A DNA stretch of 64,000 nt from Utricularia gibba. Lineage: Eukaryota; Plantae; Magnoliophyta. The first letter of the stretch is position 1. Each line of letters begins with the position of its first letter. This document shows, one piece after another, positions 13,595 to 26,714 of the stretch. The stretch is taken from positions 3,100,001 through 3,164,000 of the forward strand of contig NEEC01000010.1 in the NCBI GenBank assembly GCA_002189035.1, written 5' to 3'. A program made the translations under genes and the position numbers. The notes under the pieces were generated by a model. That model did not search any database and had not been told where the DNA came from. It saw only the letters and a list, made by a program, of their open reading frames with translations.

Positions 13595-15074
13595 TCATGT
13601 GTCGTTTCTCAGATTTGCAGTCACCTCTGTGGCTGAATTACCAGGCGCTTTGCCTACCTCAGCTTTACACAGTGGACAGGAGGCACTGAGTTTCAGCCAT
13701 TTGCCTACGCAGTGTTTGTGGAACAAGTGAGAGCACGGAAGTTCTCGGAGTTCATCGTTGTTTGCGTACTTGGACAAGCAGATGCAGCAGACCTGATGAG
13801 GTAATCAACCAGGTGTTTGTTAGGCTGATACGGAGGATCCAAGAGTCTGAATAATTGGAATGAATGAAGCTTACTGCATCCTCTCCTGAGAGTGTTCGCT
13901 CCTTCTCCGTCCCAACCGCTAGTGTCCCTCCTCCCACTTTACCTGCATTCCTCTCCCTGTGAGAGCTACCACTGTGTTTCTTTTCCTTGAACTTGAAGGT
14001 TGGAAGAGAATTGATCGTCTCCTGGGTAGCTCCTCTGTGCCCTGAAGGCTCTTCTCTGAAGCTCAGGGCGGATGTTAGGCAGGGGAGGCAGCAACAGATG
14101 GCGGTACAAAGGATAAACGGCATGGCGTATCCAATGAAACTGAAGGCTAGGAATATGATGCACAGCCTGTGAATGAAGAATGGAGAACAGATTGAATTTG
14201 TGGAAACTGGTAGCCACAGTTTTAGAGGTGAAGGAAGCATTTGATACCTGTACAAGTTTGGAGCTTCAGAAGATGAGGTATGCCCTCCAAAAATCCAAAC
14301 ATTGCCCACCACGAACCAAACAGCAAAGAAGCAGTCTAAAGCCATCTTGAAATATTCAACAAACACCTTAAGCCTGCAAGAACAGAGACCAAAAGATTCG
14401 ACATTGATGGCTCTTCATCTAATAAAAATAGCAACCAAAGCAAGATCAGTAACAAAAGTGTACGTTGGATTAGGCAGCCCAGTGGCTTGGGTGACTCCAC
14501 CGGTGGTGGTGCCGGTGGCTGGCAAATCTGCAACTTCCCCAACTCTGCTATTCAAGGGGGCATTATTACCATTACTTTGCAAAGAGTCACCACGAGGTTG
14601 AGAAGAATCCTGCTCGGAAACCCCGGTTCTATGCTTAAAGCGCCAGTATAGAAGAGGGAGGATTCCAAAACAGCCAGATGCATAGCCCAGGATCCATGCT
14701 GTCAAAGGTGCACCAGGCTTCTCGTTCTTTGATGAAGACAATACAACAATGGCAGCAATGATTTGGCCGAGAGTCAAAAACAGCTCTACTGATATCCACA
14801 TAACAGAATTCAATGGGCTCCTTCCTCGACCTCGACTATTTCCTCTTGGTACAGCAGATGTGTTCCTTGTATCCGATCCTGGTGACCGTGGCGGAGGTTG
14901 ATAAACAGGGGTTCTTGAGCTAGTAGATGGCTGGGATTCACTACTTGGCTGCTCCGGTCCAGAAGCCAGCCCTTGACCGGGAGCCATAGATGCATATCCA
15001 TCACTAGTACCAATAATATCAATCACATGTTCATCACTTCTACAATTGTGAGCACCCTCCATCACTAAAGGCAT
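13595..15074 (-). CDS. Multi-TM RING-H2 E3 ligase (At1g63170/At4g32600-like)
   Basis: SPLNSVMWISVELFLTLGQIIAAIVVLS...LYWRF; MALDCFFAVWFVVGNVWIFGG; RING CCICLSKY...LPCSHLFHKHCVGKWLKLSASCPLCK. Confidence 0.92.
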
Positions 15075-16191
15075 TACTTTTATGGTGAAGTCCCAGAATC
15101 CTAAAAGCCATCTGATCCCACATTCCTCGTTTCACATAACGAAAACATAGAATGATATTCCTTCAGCATTCAGACCTTCCCAATCCTGGAAATACTAAAA
15201 AACTGAACTTTATTGCTTCTCAAAACTTCATCGCCCTATCATACTGAAAAAAGACACAAATTAGAACGATATCTATAATCTCCAACATAGTACTTTTTCT
15301 AGACTTCATCGCCCTATCATACTGTAAATACAAACACTGAATAGAAACAGAAGCAGAAGCATGAAACAAAGTAAGAAATTTCAGACTCCAGTTAACACGG
15401 TAACCAGAGCCAAATACAAACATAAACAGAGCAATTCCTCCCTTCTAATAAACCTTTTGTGCATGCCTCTGAAGTTCCCAGTTCAAACAAGATGGCAAAC
15501 GTCAAAGAAAACAAAGTCCAGAAACATGATTAAGAAGAACAAAAATAGCAACCCACCAAATGCCCAACTGCTCCGACTAGCAATATCATCCAGAACCCCT
15601 TATCCACAGTCCACGCCACCAAATATCAAGCTCAATCCTGGCGTGGTTTTTTTCTGATAATCAATCCCTTGAAACTGTTCACCACTGCCGCGCCGCTATA
15701 GAATTTTCCACCTCCCCTGTTTTTTTTTTTTCAGAGTAGTCACGTCACTGCTAACGTGCTTGTGAATAATCTAAGCTATGTTCATCGATTTTTCAACCCA
15801 AGTGGGTGCAAGTGAACTGCTTTTCTGTCACTCCGTGAACGATCTAAAGCCTTGATCTGGCACGCCTGCTTACTTTCCATGAATTTTATATCAAAATCTC
15901 TCTGTTAGTTTCAATTTAGACAGAATGTAGGATAGGGTCCTGATGGACTTTCTGGCTGTTAAATAAAAGCCCTCCGACGACAGATCACGACCGGGTTCGT
16001 GAATTCACTCGAGTTAAAAACCCAAAAAACCTCAAATTTCAATCTAAATTATTTAATATTGGAATAGGTTGAAATTGTAACAAACCCAGAAATTTAAAAC
16101 TTTGAATGGGCCAATGCCTCATTGATTAATGGATTAAATTTCTCATTACTCGGTGTTGTATTATGCACAATAATGCTAACAAGTATTGTAC

Positions 16192-17313
16192 TCATTTCTT
16201 CCACTGGGGCAGCCTCTGGACCAGCACCTGCACGGAGTCATTGGATGCAAACCAAACACATATCAGGCTGCAGCTTGACAAGAAACTCTTTCAAAAATCG
16301 GGAACCAACTACTCCTCAAAGAGGTTGGTAAGTTTATTACCTTCCCGGAGTTTTCTTTGTTTCCCACAATCACTTGGCAAGCTAGTCTCCATGACTCTGG
16401 TTTCTGCTTCAACCATGGAACTTATTACGACACAGTACTCAAAACACAGAACAACGCCTATACCAAACACATGAGTATGCTAGGCAAAGTATGAGTCAAG
16501 AAGGTAGTGTTTTTCCATCTAGGGTATAATAACTTGTCAACTGCAACAATACCAGAACCAGCACGCTAAATTCAATCTCTGAAGATGGACAAAACATACG
16601 TTTTTAAGATACCGAAGTTCGGTGTTTGTTCGGCTGTTCAGAAGCTCACTTCCTTCTAAGACCTGGGAATAAATGGAAGAAGCTATAGGGCCTGGTTGAG
16701 GGATAAAGAACATCAACAGCACTCTATAATTTTGCCCAATGAACTCGCCATCAAGAAACCACTGTAACAATGTCGAGAAATTGAAGTGACCTACCTCGAC
16801 AATGCAGGTTCCACAACTACCACCACCCCCACAATTCATAAGTTTGCCCTGGCAAGTGACGTAGAGGTTACAGCAATAAGGAACAATGTGATGATTACAC
16901 TCTATCCCACACTGAAAGAACTAACTGTAACTTACATAAGTAGCATAAAGCTCAATCTTATTGTCCAACATTATATTCCTCAGCAGCTTCTCCCCACTTT
17001 TCGCTGTCGAACTTGCCACTGCATCTCCTGGTTTGTGCTACTTGTAGAATCCGCATCAATGAAAAACGAGTGCAGATGAATAAAATTTATAATATCCCAA
17101 ATCGCAAAAAGAGAACAGAGTGGGTGCACGCACCCCAGGCCCGATGAATTCGAGTTCGATTTCAGGAATTGTTGGCGGCGAAACAGCAGTTTCCTGAGAG
17201 CCGGCAGCGGCCGATACGGAAATTGACCTCCTCGCGGATAGTGGTGCGGCAGCGGAGGAACCAGGCGGTCGGGGGCGGAGAGACGCCGCGGGGAGCAAAC
17301 TCAGGGCTGCCAT
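16192..17313 (-). CDS. Plastid 2Fe-2S ferredoxin-like protein (PnsB3/At4g32590-like)
   Basis: Ala/Ser/Arg-rich transit peptide, PEIELEFIGP, MNCGGGGSCGTCIVE, KPESWRLACQ, last exon VLVQRLPQWKK*. Confidence 0.9.
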
Positions 17314-17519
17314 AACTTCCTTGCGCGAGGGGTATTGCGGGAGGGGCGGGTATGTAAACACGTAAGCAAGCTACTCGGAGCCCGGGACCCGCCACCCTTC
17401 CCTTCAATTTACCTGTTTTCAGTGGAAGGGCAATTTGGTAATTCCTTGCCCTCAACCGCCCAATTTAGGTCCACACGCAGTGTAGGTCATGATTGCAGAC
17501 CCAGGGAAGAAGAAAGATC

Positions 17520-17825
17520 ATGGAGCTCACTCTTCAGCAGCTGAAAGCCTACGACGGCTCCAACGCATCGAAGCCCATATACGTCGCCATCCGGGGAAAA
17601 ATCTACGATGTCACCACTGGGAGGAATTTCTACGGCCCCGGCGGCGATTACCGTGTTTTCGCCGGCAAGGACGCCAGCCGTGCCTTGGCCAAGATGAGCA
17701 AGGATGAAAACGACGTCGTCCCAGATCTCGACGGCCTTACTGAAAAGGAGATCGGCGTTCTCGACGACTGGGAGAGGAAGTTCCAGGCGAAGTACCCCGT
17801 CATCGGCTCGGTCACCGGAATTTGA
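17520..17825 (+). CDS. Cytochrome b5-like heme/steroid-binding protein (MAPR2/steroid-binding protein 3-like), single exon
   Basis: MELTLQQLKAYDGS...KPIYVAIRGKIYDVTTGRNFYGPGGDY..FAGKDASRALAKMS. Confidence 0.93.
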   Translation: MELTLQQLKAYDGSNASKPIYVAIRGKIYDVTTGRNFYGPGGDYRVFAGKDASRALAKMSKDENDVVPDLDGLTEKEIGVLDDWERKFQAKYPVIGSVTGI

Positions 17826-18207
17826 ACCCCGCCTGTTCCCAAATCCCAAGTATGCCTGCCTGTGTGCTTGTGTTGATCCTTAAAAGGATGAATAAATTGC
17901 GATTCAGCTTCTTCATGTCATCCAGTGTTGATGTACTGTTAGCCTCAGTTGTTTCTAAGAATGCAAGGGTATGAAAAAGCATTTACTTGAACAAAGAAAG
18001 AGTCAAGCTCATGAAATGACGCTTTCAACATAGACAGACAAGAAGGGATAGGATATGAACATGATGTGGAATCAGCTGTTTCCAGCACTGTGATTCCGTA
18101 AGTTCTAGACCGGATCAAAGTTGAAGGAGAAGCTCAAGGACCACCATAATAGGGTACTAAAACACTTACAGCATTCAACAAGGTGAAGATGGTTTCATCT
18201 AATAAGA

Positions 18208-19285
18208 TCAGGTAGAACGAGCTATGTTCTTAAGGTGCTGCAAAGCCCTGTACTTGATCCAATCTCGATCGTACGGTAGATATGCCTGAATGGAATGGTC
18301 ATAGCTGCAAAGTAGAAAAAAAGAATGAATCTTGATCATCTGAACATCTGAACATCTGAAGTTGAATGAAATGAAATCATGCTTGTGGATGGTGTGATTC
18401 AAAAAAGAATAGAATGCAGCACCAAAATGCTAATGGAAAGGAAGAGGTAAGAATTACAGAAAACTGCATGTGATCCGTGTAGCATGCTTGTATGAAAAGT
18501 ATAGATGGATATTTTACACTAGCGCACTGAGATCAGTAAGACCATCGATGAAGTTGTACAGGTCCGAAATATCATATGTAACATTTCTCAGAGTTGGGTT
18601 GATATCCTTGAGTTTCCTTTCATAGATACCGCAAACTCCTACAGAAACAGCTTACAACATGTTAAGCTAGGAACCATACAATCCAAGGATGCAAAGTAAT
18701 GATTGATATATTGATAACAGGGGAGCAAAAGCATCTTATTTTCTTCAAAACCCCTTGATATGCGTCTTACACAAAATCAACACAATCCGATATGCAAAAA
18801 TGAAGTTCAACTTTAAACAACCGAAAACGCAAGAAACCCCCAATAGTAACATTAAAATACCTTCCATCGCATGCGTAACGGAATCATAATCCATGAATGT
18901 ACGACTTCCTTTGTATTGAGAAGTTTGCATAAGGATGATGGTGTGCCTCTTAGAAGACTGCATCATTAATACTTCAGCAAAACCCTTAATTTCATCAACT
19001 AAAAACACACTTATGGGACACGTATGATTATGCTCGAAACTCTTTGAACACGCGAACGCCCACAAGACAAAACATAACCACAAAACGGAACAGATGTTTA
19101 AGGATGGATTTCAACCATAAAAAATCCCAAAAACTAAGCACTAACCTAAACAACCTCGACTGAAATTCTCCAAGGGAAACCACTCATGCATCAAATACCA
19201 AATAAAGGAGCTCCCTGACTAGCATTAAACCCTAGAAATTCACCAATCATTTACAGGAAAAGAAGGGGTAGGAAAGCATTACCAT
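18208..19285 (-). CDS. ERH: Enhancer of rudimentary homolog
   Basis: ATG|GT at 19285. SSKRHTIILMQ...SRTFMDYDS; YDISDLYNFIDGLTDLSALV; YDHSIQAYLPYDRDWIK. Confidence 0.95.
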
Positions 19286-19652
19286 CTCGCGAGAGAACAA
19301 GAAACCCACGCCAAACGAAACCGGAGCAATCGAATGGATTTGGCGGCGACGGCAACCGCTTACCTCGGGGCTTCAATCAGAATGATCTGTTCCATTCAAT
19401 AACAAAGGCTTTTGGGCAAGGTCCGGTTCAAATCGGCCAAGCTAAATGTGGGCTGTAGGCACCCGGTTCAGACCGGCTCAAATTGGTGATGTGGACTATA
19501 CGAATGGGCCGGCCCAGTGTAGCCCACTAAGAAAATTCCCGCACCCGCGTGGTTGTTCACCGTCTGGCCGTCGTAGAGGTAATCGTTAGAAAACCTAGAC
19601 GGTGGTGGAATTTACAAACGGAAGAGGAGCCACTCTCTGAATTCGTGAAAAA

Positions 19653-22113
19653 ATGGTTTCCTCGGGTGATAGTATAAAGAGCGATAAGCTAGTGCATGCT
19701 TTTGATCAACTTAAACGTCTTTTATTGGAGTCTGTAAGCTCCCGTTCATTGATTTGCATTTGCAATTTCCTATTTTTTTTTGTTTTTTTGAATATGGTGG
19801 TTTTGAATGTTGCCAATTTTCAGGCCACGCATGGAACTGATTTCGGTTGCTCCCTGAAAAGGATTCATTCGGAGATTGTTGAATTTTCGCGGGGCGGGGA
19901 TGCACTTGCCAGTGAGAATGAGGTGACTTTTGGTACTTCTGCTTCTGAGAATTTTTTGAATGTTGGAGTCTGGAAGGTGGCAATGCTTAATAGATAACTT
20001 GGTGGCAGCTGACGAAATGGGTTGAGTTTTCTGTGAGTTTCCTGGAGAATCCCAATGAGGCGAGTAATGGTCTTCACAAACTGAGCAACGAGTTGCTTAC
20101 AAAATCTGTTTTGCTTGGTAATGGGTTGAAACCTTCAGTTGCTGATGTTGTTGTCTACATTGCAGTATATTCAAGTCTGGTATGTACTATTACGAAAAAA
20201 ATGCACTCCAATGTTTAGTGGTAACTCTAATGCTTTTTTGTTGTTCTGTGAGCTTTAGATTCGTCTTCAAAAGGATGAACGAGATCAGTTTCCGCACTTG
20301 TTCAGATGGGCTGAATATATTCAGGTGGGCATTTTGTTTTATGATGCCGGTGGTCCTCTTCGGCAAATTTGATTCCTCTTATTGTAGACTTGTTGGAAGA
20401 ATGCCATATATGATTCCTAGATACCGTTAATTCTTAATTTCCCTCTGCTATCAATATCATTTGTGTGAATGCTGTTTTTCAACCAGCGAATTTTGTCTCT
20501 GCATCATTCATATTTTCCTCCGAGATCATTTGGTTGACGCTAAAGCTGTTGCTTGTATTGCTTTCTGTTTTTCTACACGAAACCTCACTCGTTTTCTATC
20601 ATTGTTATTTCAAAGGCAAAAGAGGACTTTGGGAACGAGTTCAAAAAAATTGTGGTAGAGAAAGCCCCAATTGTAATCCCAGTGAGTATTCGTAATCTTT
20701 ACTTCATTCTGGTCAGTGCGTATTTGTACTGATTTACATTCCATACCAAGTTAGTCTTTTTTTTTTTTTTTTTTTTTGCTTACCAATATCACAATCTTAA
20801 CTACTTTCTTTTCACACTGTTGAAAATGGGCATTTAAACTTTTACATTTTTTTCAGAAAATCAAAGATTCTAAACTGAAGAAAGCTGTTGAGGTTGGAGA
20901 TAATGAGGCTGGACAGAAGGTAAAAAAGAATGCTGATGCTGATGCTGAATGTAGTTATCCTTTCTCTTCGCTTTATGTCATTCATATGAAAATTTCCCGT
21001 ATTGTGATGGTTCTCTAATTTTTCACAACAGAAAAAGGGTAATGCTCAAGGCTCAACCCAGGTGGTTCCAGACAAGAAGAAAGTGCCTGAAAAAGATGAG
21101 AAGAAAGATGAGGAGCTTAGTGTGAGTCTTCTTAAAATACAGATTGGCTATATTCGTAAAGCATGGAAGCATCCATCAGCTGACAGGCAAGATCTCTGAT
21201 CTATTTCTTTCTCTCTCCAAATGTATATGTGCCATGGTAGACTTTCTGGAATCTTTTTTTTAGTTTACCCTTTACCGGTGGTCCACAATTGTATGCAGTT
21301 TGCTGGTTGAGGAGATTGACATTGGGGAAGCAAAATGCCGTCAAGTTGTGAGCGGTCTTGCAAAGTACTGCACACCAGAAGAATTGGCGGTATGACTATG
21401 ATTACAGTATGTACATGTTTATATTGTATGTAGATTCTCTATTCAGCCATAGTGCAGAATCTGAACCACATCTACTCTGTTGGCCTCATAGAATCGATAT
21501 GTAGTCCTTATAACAAATGTAAAGCCCGGGAAGCTACGAGATGTGATGTCTGAGGGGCTGGTACTAATCTCATTTTCTCTCTCAACATCTTTCATTTCCG
21601 TTCTCCTGTTTACCTGTAACCATAAACTTTGGGAATATTTACTGGACACAAGCCCCTGCATCCTTCTCTTATGATCTTCTGTCCTCTCCAGGTTTTGTGT
21701 GCTTCTAGTAAAGACCATACAATTGTTGAACCCTTAAGAGCTCCTGAGGGTGCTAAAGCGGGGGAATGCATCACATTTTCTGGGTATGCACTCCATACTT
21801 CCACTTGCGCTAATTCTCCTATGGCTGCACTCGCAATACCTATCGCCGAACTAAAATGATTTTCTTGCACAGGCATGATGGCAAGCCGGAAGACGTTCTA
21901 AACCCCAAAAAGAAGCAATTGGATAAGATTACTCCGGTAACACTTCCCACCTCAAATGCTTCACTGGTTCTTTCCTGCCTTCTGAACAGCATCTTTTTCT
22001 TGGTGCAGCATCTCTTCACGGACGATAATGGTGTGGCAACATTTAAAGGCATCCCGTTTATGACTTCTTCGGGGCCCTGCACTTCCTCAATCCTCAATGG
22101 AAGCATCAAGTAA
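19653..22113 (+). CDS. Arc1p/AIMP1-like tRNA-binding protein (GST-like N-terminus + OB-fold; At2g40660-like)
   Basis: KSVLLGNGLKPSVADVVVY; IQIGYIRKAWKHPSADSLLVEEIDIGE; NVKPGKLRDVMSEGL; GKPEDVLNPKKKQLDKI; FMTSSGPCTSSILNGSIK*. Confidence 0.88.
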
Positions 22114-22392
22114 CCGGAGCCGGTACTCCCCTCGCCCAATACTGATGCAGTTTTCTAGTAAACGTGATGTATTGATGACTACTGGTTTCATGCCTTCTTC
22201 ATGGGAACATTTTGTTGCACAGTGGTTCTTCATATTTGATGAAATTTCAATAGAAAAGTGGATGAAAAACACAAGTTACTGTAAGAAGCAATGATCAAAA
22301 TCGACTCCTTGGTCATCAGCTAATGCTCTTCTGTACGTTCAAAACGGTGTGAATAAACAGTTGGGTGGGCTGCAGAGAGATCACAATATGGA

Positions 22393-24374
22393 TCACTCCC
22401 TTTTGTCCTCCTCAAGGACTTCAGCTTTTCGTTCCTTATCAACTTTAGATGCCAGTTCTCCTGCAAAAACACCCGAGCCACTTAGGGGGCACCCTCCTCC
22501 TCGTCTTCCCCCGTTTCATGTGCGTATCTAGGATCAAGTTGATTGATGCAACTTTCAACATCAGTTACTCTTTGAGGTTCGAAGAAGGTAGGTGAGGTTC
22601 AAAGACAGACCTGGTTGGATTGTGGGGGGGCCAGGAGGATGCAGATGAACACTAACAGCAAGAAGGCATGCAAAGACCAGAAAGCTGGAATGATCCAAGC
22701 TCTTCTCCATGGTTCACTGACTGGATCACTAGCATTGAAGTACAACTGAACCAACATGGTGGGGCTCAGTCAAAGATACAGCATCAAGTACTGAATGTAT
22801 GGAGAGAAAGCGCCTACCTCGTATCCAATCCAAGCAACAGAAACCAGAACAGACACTGCTAGAGCATTGGTAAACTTCCTATAGAGCTCTAACTTCGCCA
22901 TGCTTCTTCGTATCTAGAACAGTAGTTGTTGATAGAGTAAAATGTGGCCTGCAAGTGCTGAGAGGAAAACTGCGCATTTACCTGAAGCTTCTCCAAAGTC
23001 TTGGACAGTGATGAAAAGATCCAAAGTATAAAGCAGGCATCTAGAACCCCAACTGGGAGAACCAAGAAGACCCTGGCTTTTCCAACAAAGTCATCGATAT
23101 TTCCTAAATGTTCAACAAGCTCCAATCCTTCTGATGCAACAAAATAGACCGCACCAAGGAGCATGATGTGAGATGTTACACTTCCTAGAGTGGCCCTCAT
23201 GACACCGTAGCCCATGGAAACAGCAAGGAGGAGAATACGGGATACTGTCTTCCTCATTGCAGTGAAGGAAACAGCCCATAATGTAATCCTCAGAGGTCTC
23301 CTGCCTGTTGAGTTGAAGTTTGCATACTCGAAATACCAAAGAGCCATTTCACACATTCCCAAGGCGATCACTGCTGTAATTTCATAATGCAGCTTTATGA
23401 TATCTTTCCAGTGTTGCACGAATCGCAGAAACCAAACTAAACCAAGAGTAAGGTATGCTAAAGACATAAGACCGCAGAATGTCATCAAGGGTGCCATTCT
23501 TCCAGGAAGGTAGCCTTCTGGATTCCTCCATACCGTTCTTCCACTGATTACCGTTCCCTTGAGTTCTGGATCACAGAGCACGAAATACAGATAATACATT
23601 CCGGTTTTGTTTATCTCAACAGTTTGAGGTACCATCACAGCCTCTTCACTCTTCCCCTCGAAAGAAACCTGCAGCTTTCGTGGCCAGCCGGGATTATTGG
23701 GATTTTCTCTAAGGATCACTTCCCCAACCTTGCAATGCCCTTCTTTTGCAAGAAAAGGATGGCAGCATATTGCACTTGAATTCATATAAGCTCCCCTATC
23801 TTATCACTGTCGTTTACCTCAATGATAATGACCTCTACTACACCAGTACTCTGCTGCATCTCATTCTGTTTATCTGCGACTTCCTTTGGTCTTCGAAACA
23901 TGATTGATTCAAACCTAAAAAGGGAATGAATAGAAATCACGTAAGGATGATTGGCAATGGAAAAACCTCCACGACACCAACCAAAAACGCCCCGCAAATG
24001 CAAACAAGAAAAGACAAAAACAGATGAAAAGGGTCATTCCAAATATCACATTCAGGATTAAATCGTACGCTGCATTAACGACGACCATGCATAAAATCTA
24101 AACTTTCCGATGAAATATTCCAAAGATACCACCTAATAAACGATTTCCCGGCCAGCGGCTTATTCTCCTCCTTTTGCGCACCGTTGGGCGACTGATCAAC
24201 GATCCTGGAAGCGTATAAGCCTTCGCTGCCTCCATGAAACAACATGGAATTAAACCTGGGAATGAATCCCTCGTTCTTGTACTCATGGATCGAGGCACTC
24301 ACGCGGCTTGAGTAGATCGCTGATAACAAGAACAATACCCCCAAAAAAGTTCTTTTTCTGCTTGCATTAAACAT
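22393..24374 (-). CDS. TMEM87/lung seven-transmembrane receptor family protein; apparent frameshifts at G runs 22624-22630 and 22485-22489
   Basis: Signal peptide + SIHEY...GGSEGLYAS; GMYYLYFVLCDPELKG; WRNPEGYLPGRMAPL; multiple TMs; KLELYRKFTNALA; C-terminus LEEDKRE*. Confidence 0.9.
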
Positions 24375-25394
24375 TTCACGTAACACTCGTCTTCACGTGA
24401 AGGCGATCAATGGAGCGTCCGCTCCCACATTGATGAAAAAGATGACCGGAAGACAGGAAACCGTACAGGGCCGGTGGCGAAAAACGTTTGACCCGACAAC
24501 GCCGCAATTCTCTTACGCAGGCCCAGGCCTGAATTCTTTTTTGTTAAATAAAAAAATTATTATCCAAATAAATAAAACTAATAATGACGTAATATATCGG
24601 GAAGTACATTCATAATGCATCAGACTAGTTGATTTTAAATGAACTAAATTATAAATAAACTAGATATTTCAAATATTAAATGAATAATCAAGTTAAATTA
24701 TTCATGAAATGGATATGAAGTCAATTTGTCAATAAATGAATATTTTAGGTAAATTACCAATAATATTGTATAAATAAGGAATTGACAAAAATATGTAATA
24801 CCAACAATTTATTAATAAATAATTAAATATAGAATATTAATAAAATGGAAATAAAATCAGAATAATTATCATTAATAATCTATAATAAGGATAAATTACC
24901 CACAAGGAAAATTATTAATAAAAATACAAATAAATGTAAATTATTAAAAAAATATATAATCAAGATATATTTTCACAATAATTTATGTGAATCTATGGCA
25001 AGTGCGATTCATTTAGAAAAATAATCATCCATATATTATCTCACATGAATTAAAAATTTTATATTAAGAATAATTAATTTTATCATTTTAATAGTCACAT
25101 TTCTAATAAGCTCGGTCACCCCACCTGCACATGGGAATGGCGGGACAGGCCCACATGTGCTTCAATTTTTGAATTAAATTTGAGAAAAAAAAACGAATTT
25201 ATTTTTATTTTAAAATTTTATATGATTAATATAGTAGTAGTTTTTTTTTTATAAATAAAAGGCTTGGAAGTAATTAAGAAAAAAAAGGGTGGATCCCTCT
25301 GTTGATACTTTGTAGCCTTGAAGATATCCACGTGAGGTGGTGGGATCGCATTCCAACTTTGCTGTGGATTTCCAGGGCGAGTGCCGCCGATCCG

Positions 25395-26676
25395 ATGGAG
25401 GAGGAGGGATCACAATCCGCCGTCGTGGCTTCCGAACCGGCGGCGAAAATCGACACGCGGTTCGTTCTGATCCACGGCGTCTGCCACGGGGCGTGGTGCT
25501 GGTACAAACTCCGGTACCTGATGGAGAAGGCCGGCTACAAGGTCACCTGCCTCGATCTCAAATCCGCCGGCATCAACCCTGCGCCCGCCTCCTCCATCCT
25601 CTCATTTGACGATTACAATTCACCACTCGTCGAGTTCCTCGCCGCCCTCCCTGACGGCGAGCAGGTAAAACTCGTAAAAGGGGCGGAATCCATGATCTAT
25701 CATACTCTTTCTTCACCTCCGGTTTCCTGCAGGTGATCCTGGTGGGGCACAGCGCCGGCGGCCTCAGCCTCAGCCACGCGATCCACCTCTTCGGGAGGAA
25801 GAAGATTAAGCTCGCCATATTCGTGGCGGCGACGATGCTCCGATCGGGGTTTCTTTCAGAAGACGACTCCAAAATCGTAAGATAATCCATGTCCTAATCA
25901 TTCCACTATTGTAGGGAAAGCTCCTCCCAGCGAACACGATCCTATTCCGTGAATGGACGGGCACCGAGGAGGGGATGGGTGAGGATAAGGTTGCTCGCAT
26001 GCCGTCAAGGAGAAAGCAAACAAATGGAGACGATGGGCAACATGTCGTTTGGAATTTAAAGCCACGTTGCCATTTGCATCACGAACATGGCGTCCTGCAA
26101 CGCCTTATCAATGCAACCTCTTTTTTATTGATTTTCTTTCACGAAAAAAAAAAAAAACAAATACTTCGTTGTGTTCTTCAGGGAGCTCCAGACTTGTCCG
26201 AGTTCGGAGAATTCAATGAAGTGTACGATGTTGAATACGGGTCGGAGGAGGACCCGTCCCCGTCACCTGCTTCGTCAACCCGAAATTCCAGCGCCAGGTC
26301 TTCTATGCCCTTTCCCCTCCCGAGGTAATTAATTATTTTAACATGATATTTAGTTAATAGAATTAATAGTATATTTTAATTATTTTTATTTATAATTGAG
26401 GATGTGACGTTGGCGGGGATGCTGTTGCGGCCGGCGCCGTTTCTACCGTTAAGCGGAGCTCGATTCGCGGAGGGGGAGGACGCGGACGAGGTTCCGAGGG
26501 TGTACGTGAAGACGACGAAGGACAAGGCGTTGAAGGCGGAGCAACAGGAGGCGATGGTCGAGAAATGGGCACCTGCGGCAGTCTATACCTTGGAGACGGA
26601 TCACAGCCCTTTCTTCTCATCGCCGGTGGCGTTGTTCGATCTCCTTGTCAAGGCGGCTACTTCCTATGCCACTTGA
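25395..26676 (+). CDS. Methylesterase (MES17/MES18-like alpha/beta hydrolase); apparent 1-bp frameshift in exon 3
   Basis: FVLIHGVCHGAWCWYK; nucleophile GHSAGG; TKDKALKAEQQ (Asp); TDHSPFFS (His). Four exons; exon 3 (26182-26324) is 143 bp between phase-0 junctions. Confidence 0.9.
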
Positions 26677-26714
26677 ATCGTATTGTATTCTTATGGCTTC
26701 GGATTGATTTTCTA

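Noticed and set aside
15115-15126. snRNA upstream sequence element (ATCCCACATT)
   Set aside because: Imperfect match to RTCCCACATCG, no properly spaced TATA or snRNA body, and it lies within the RING gene leader.
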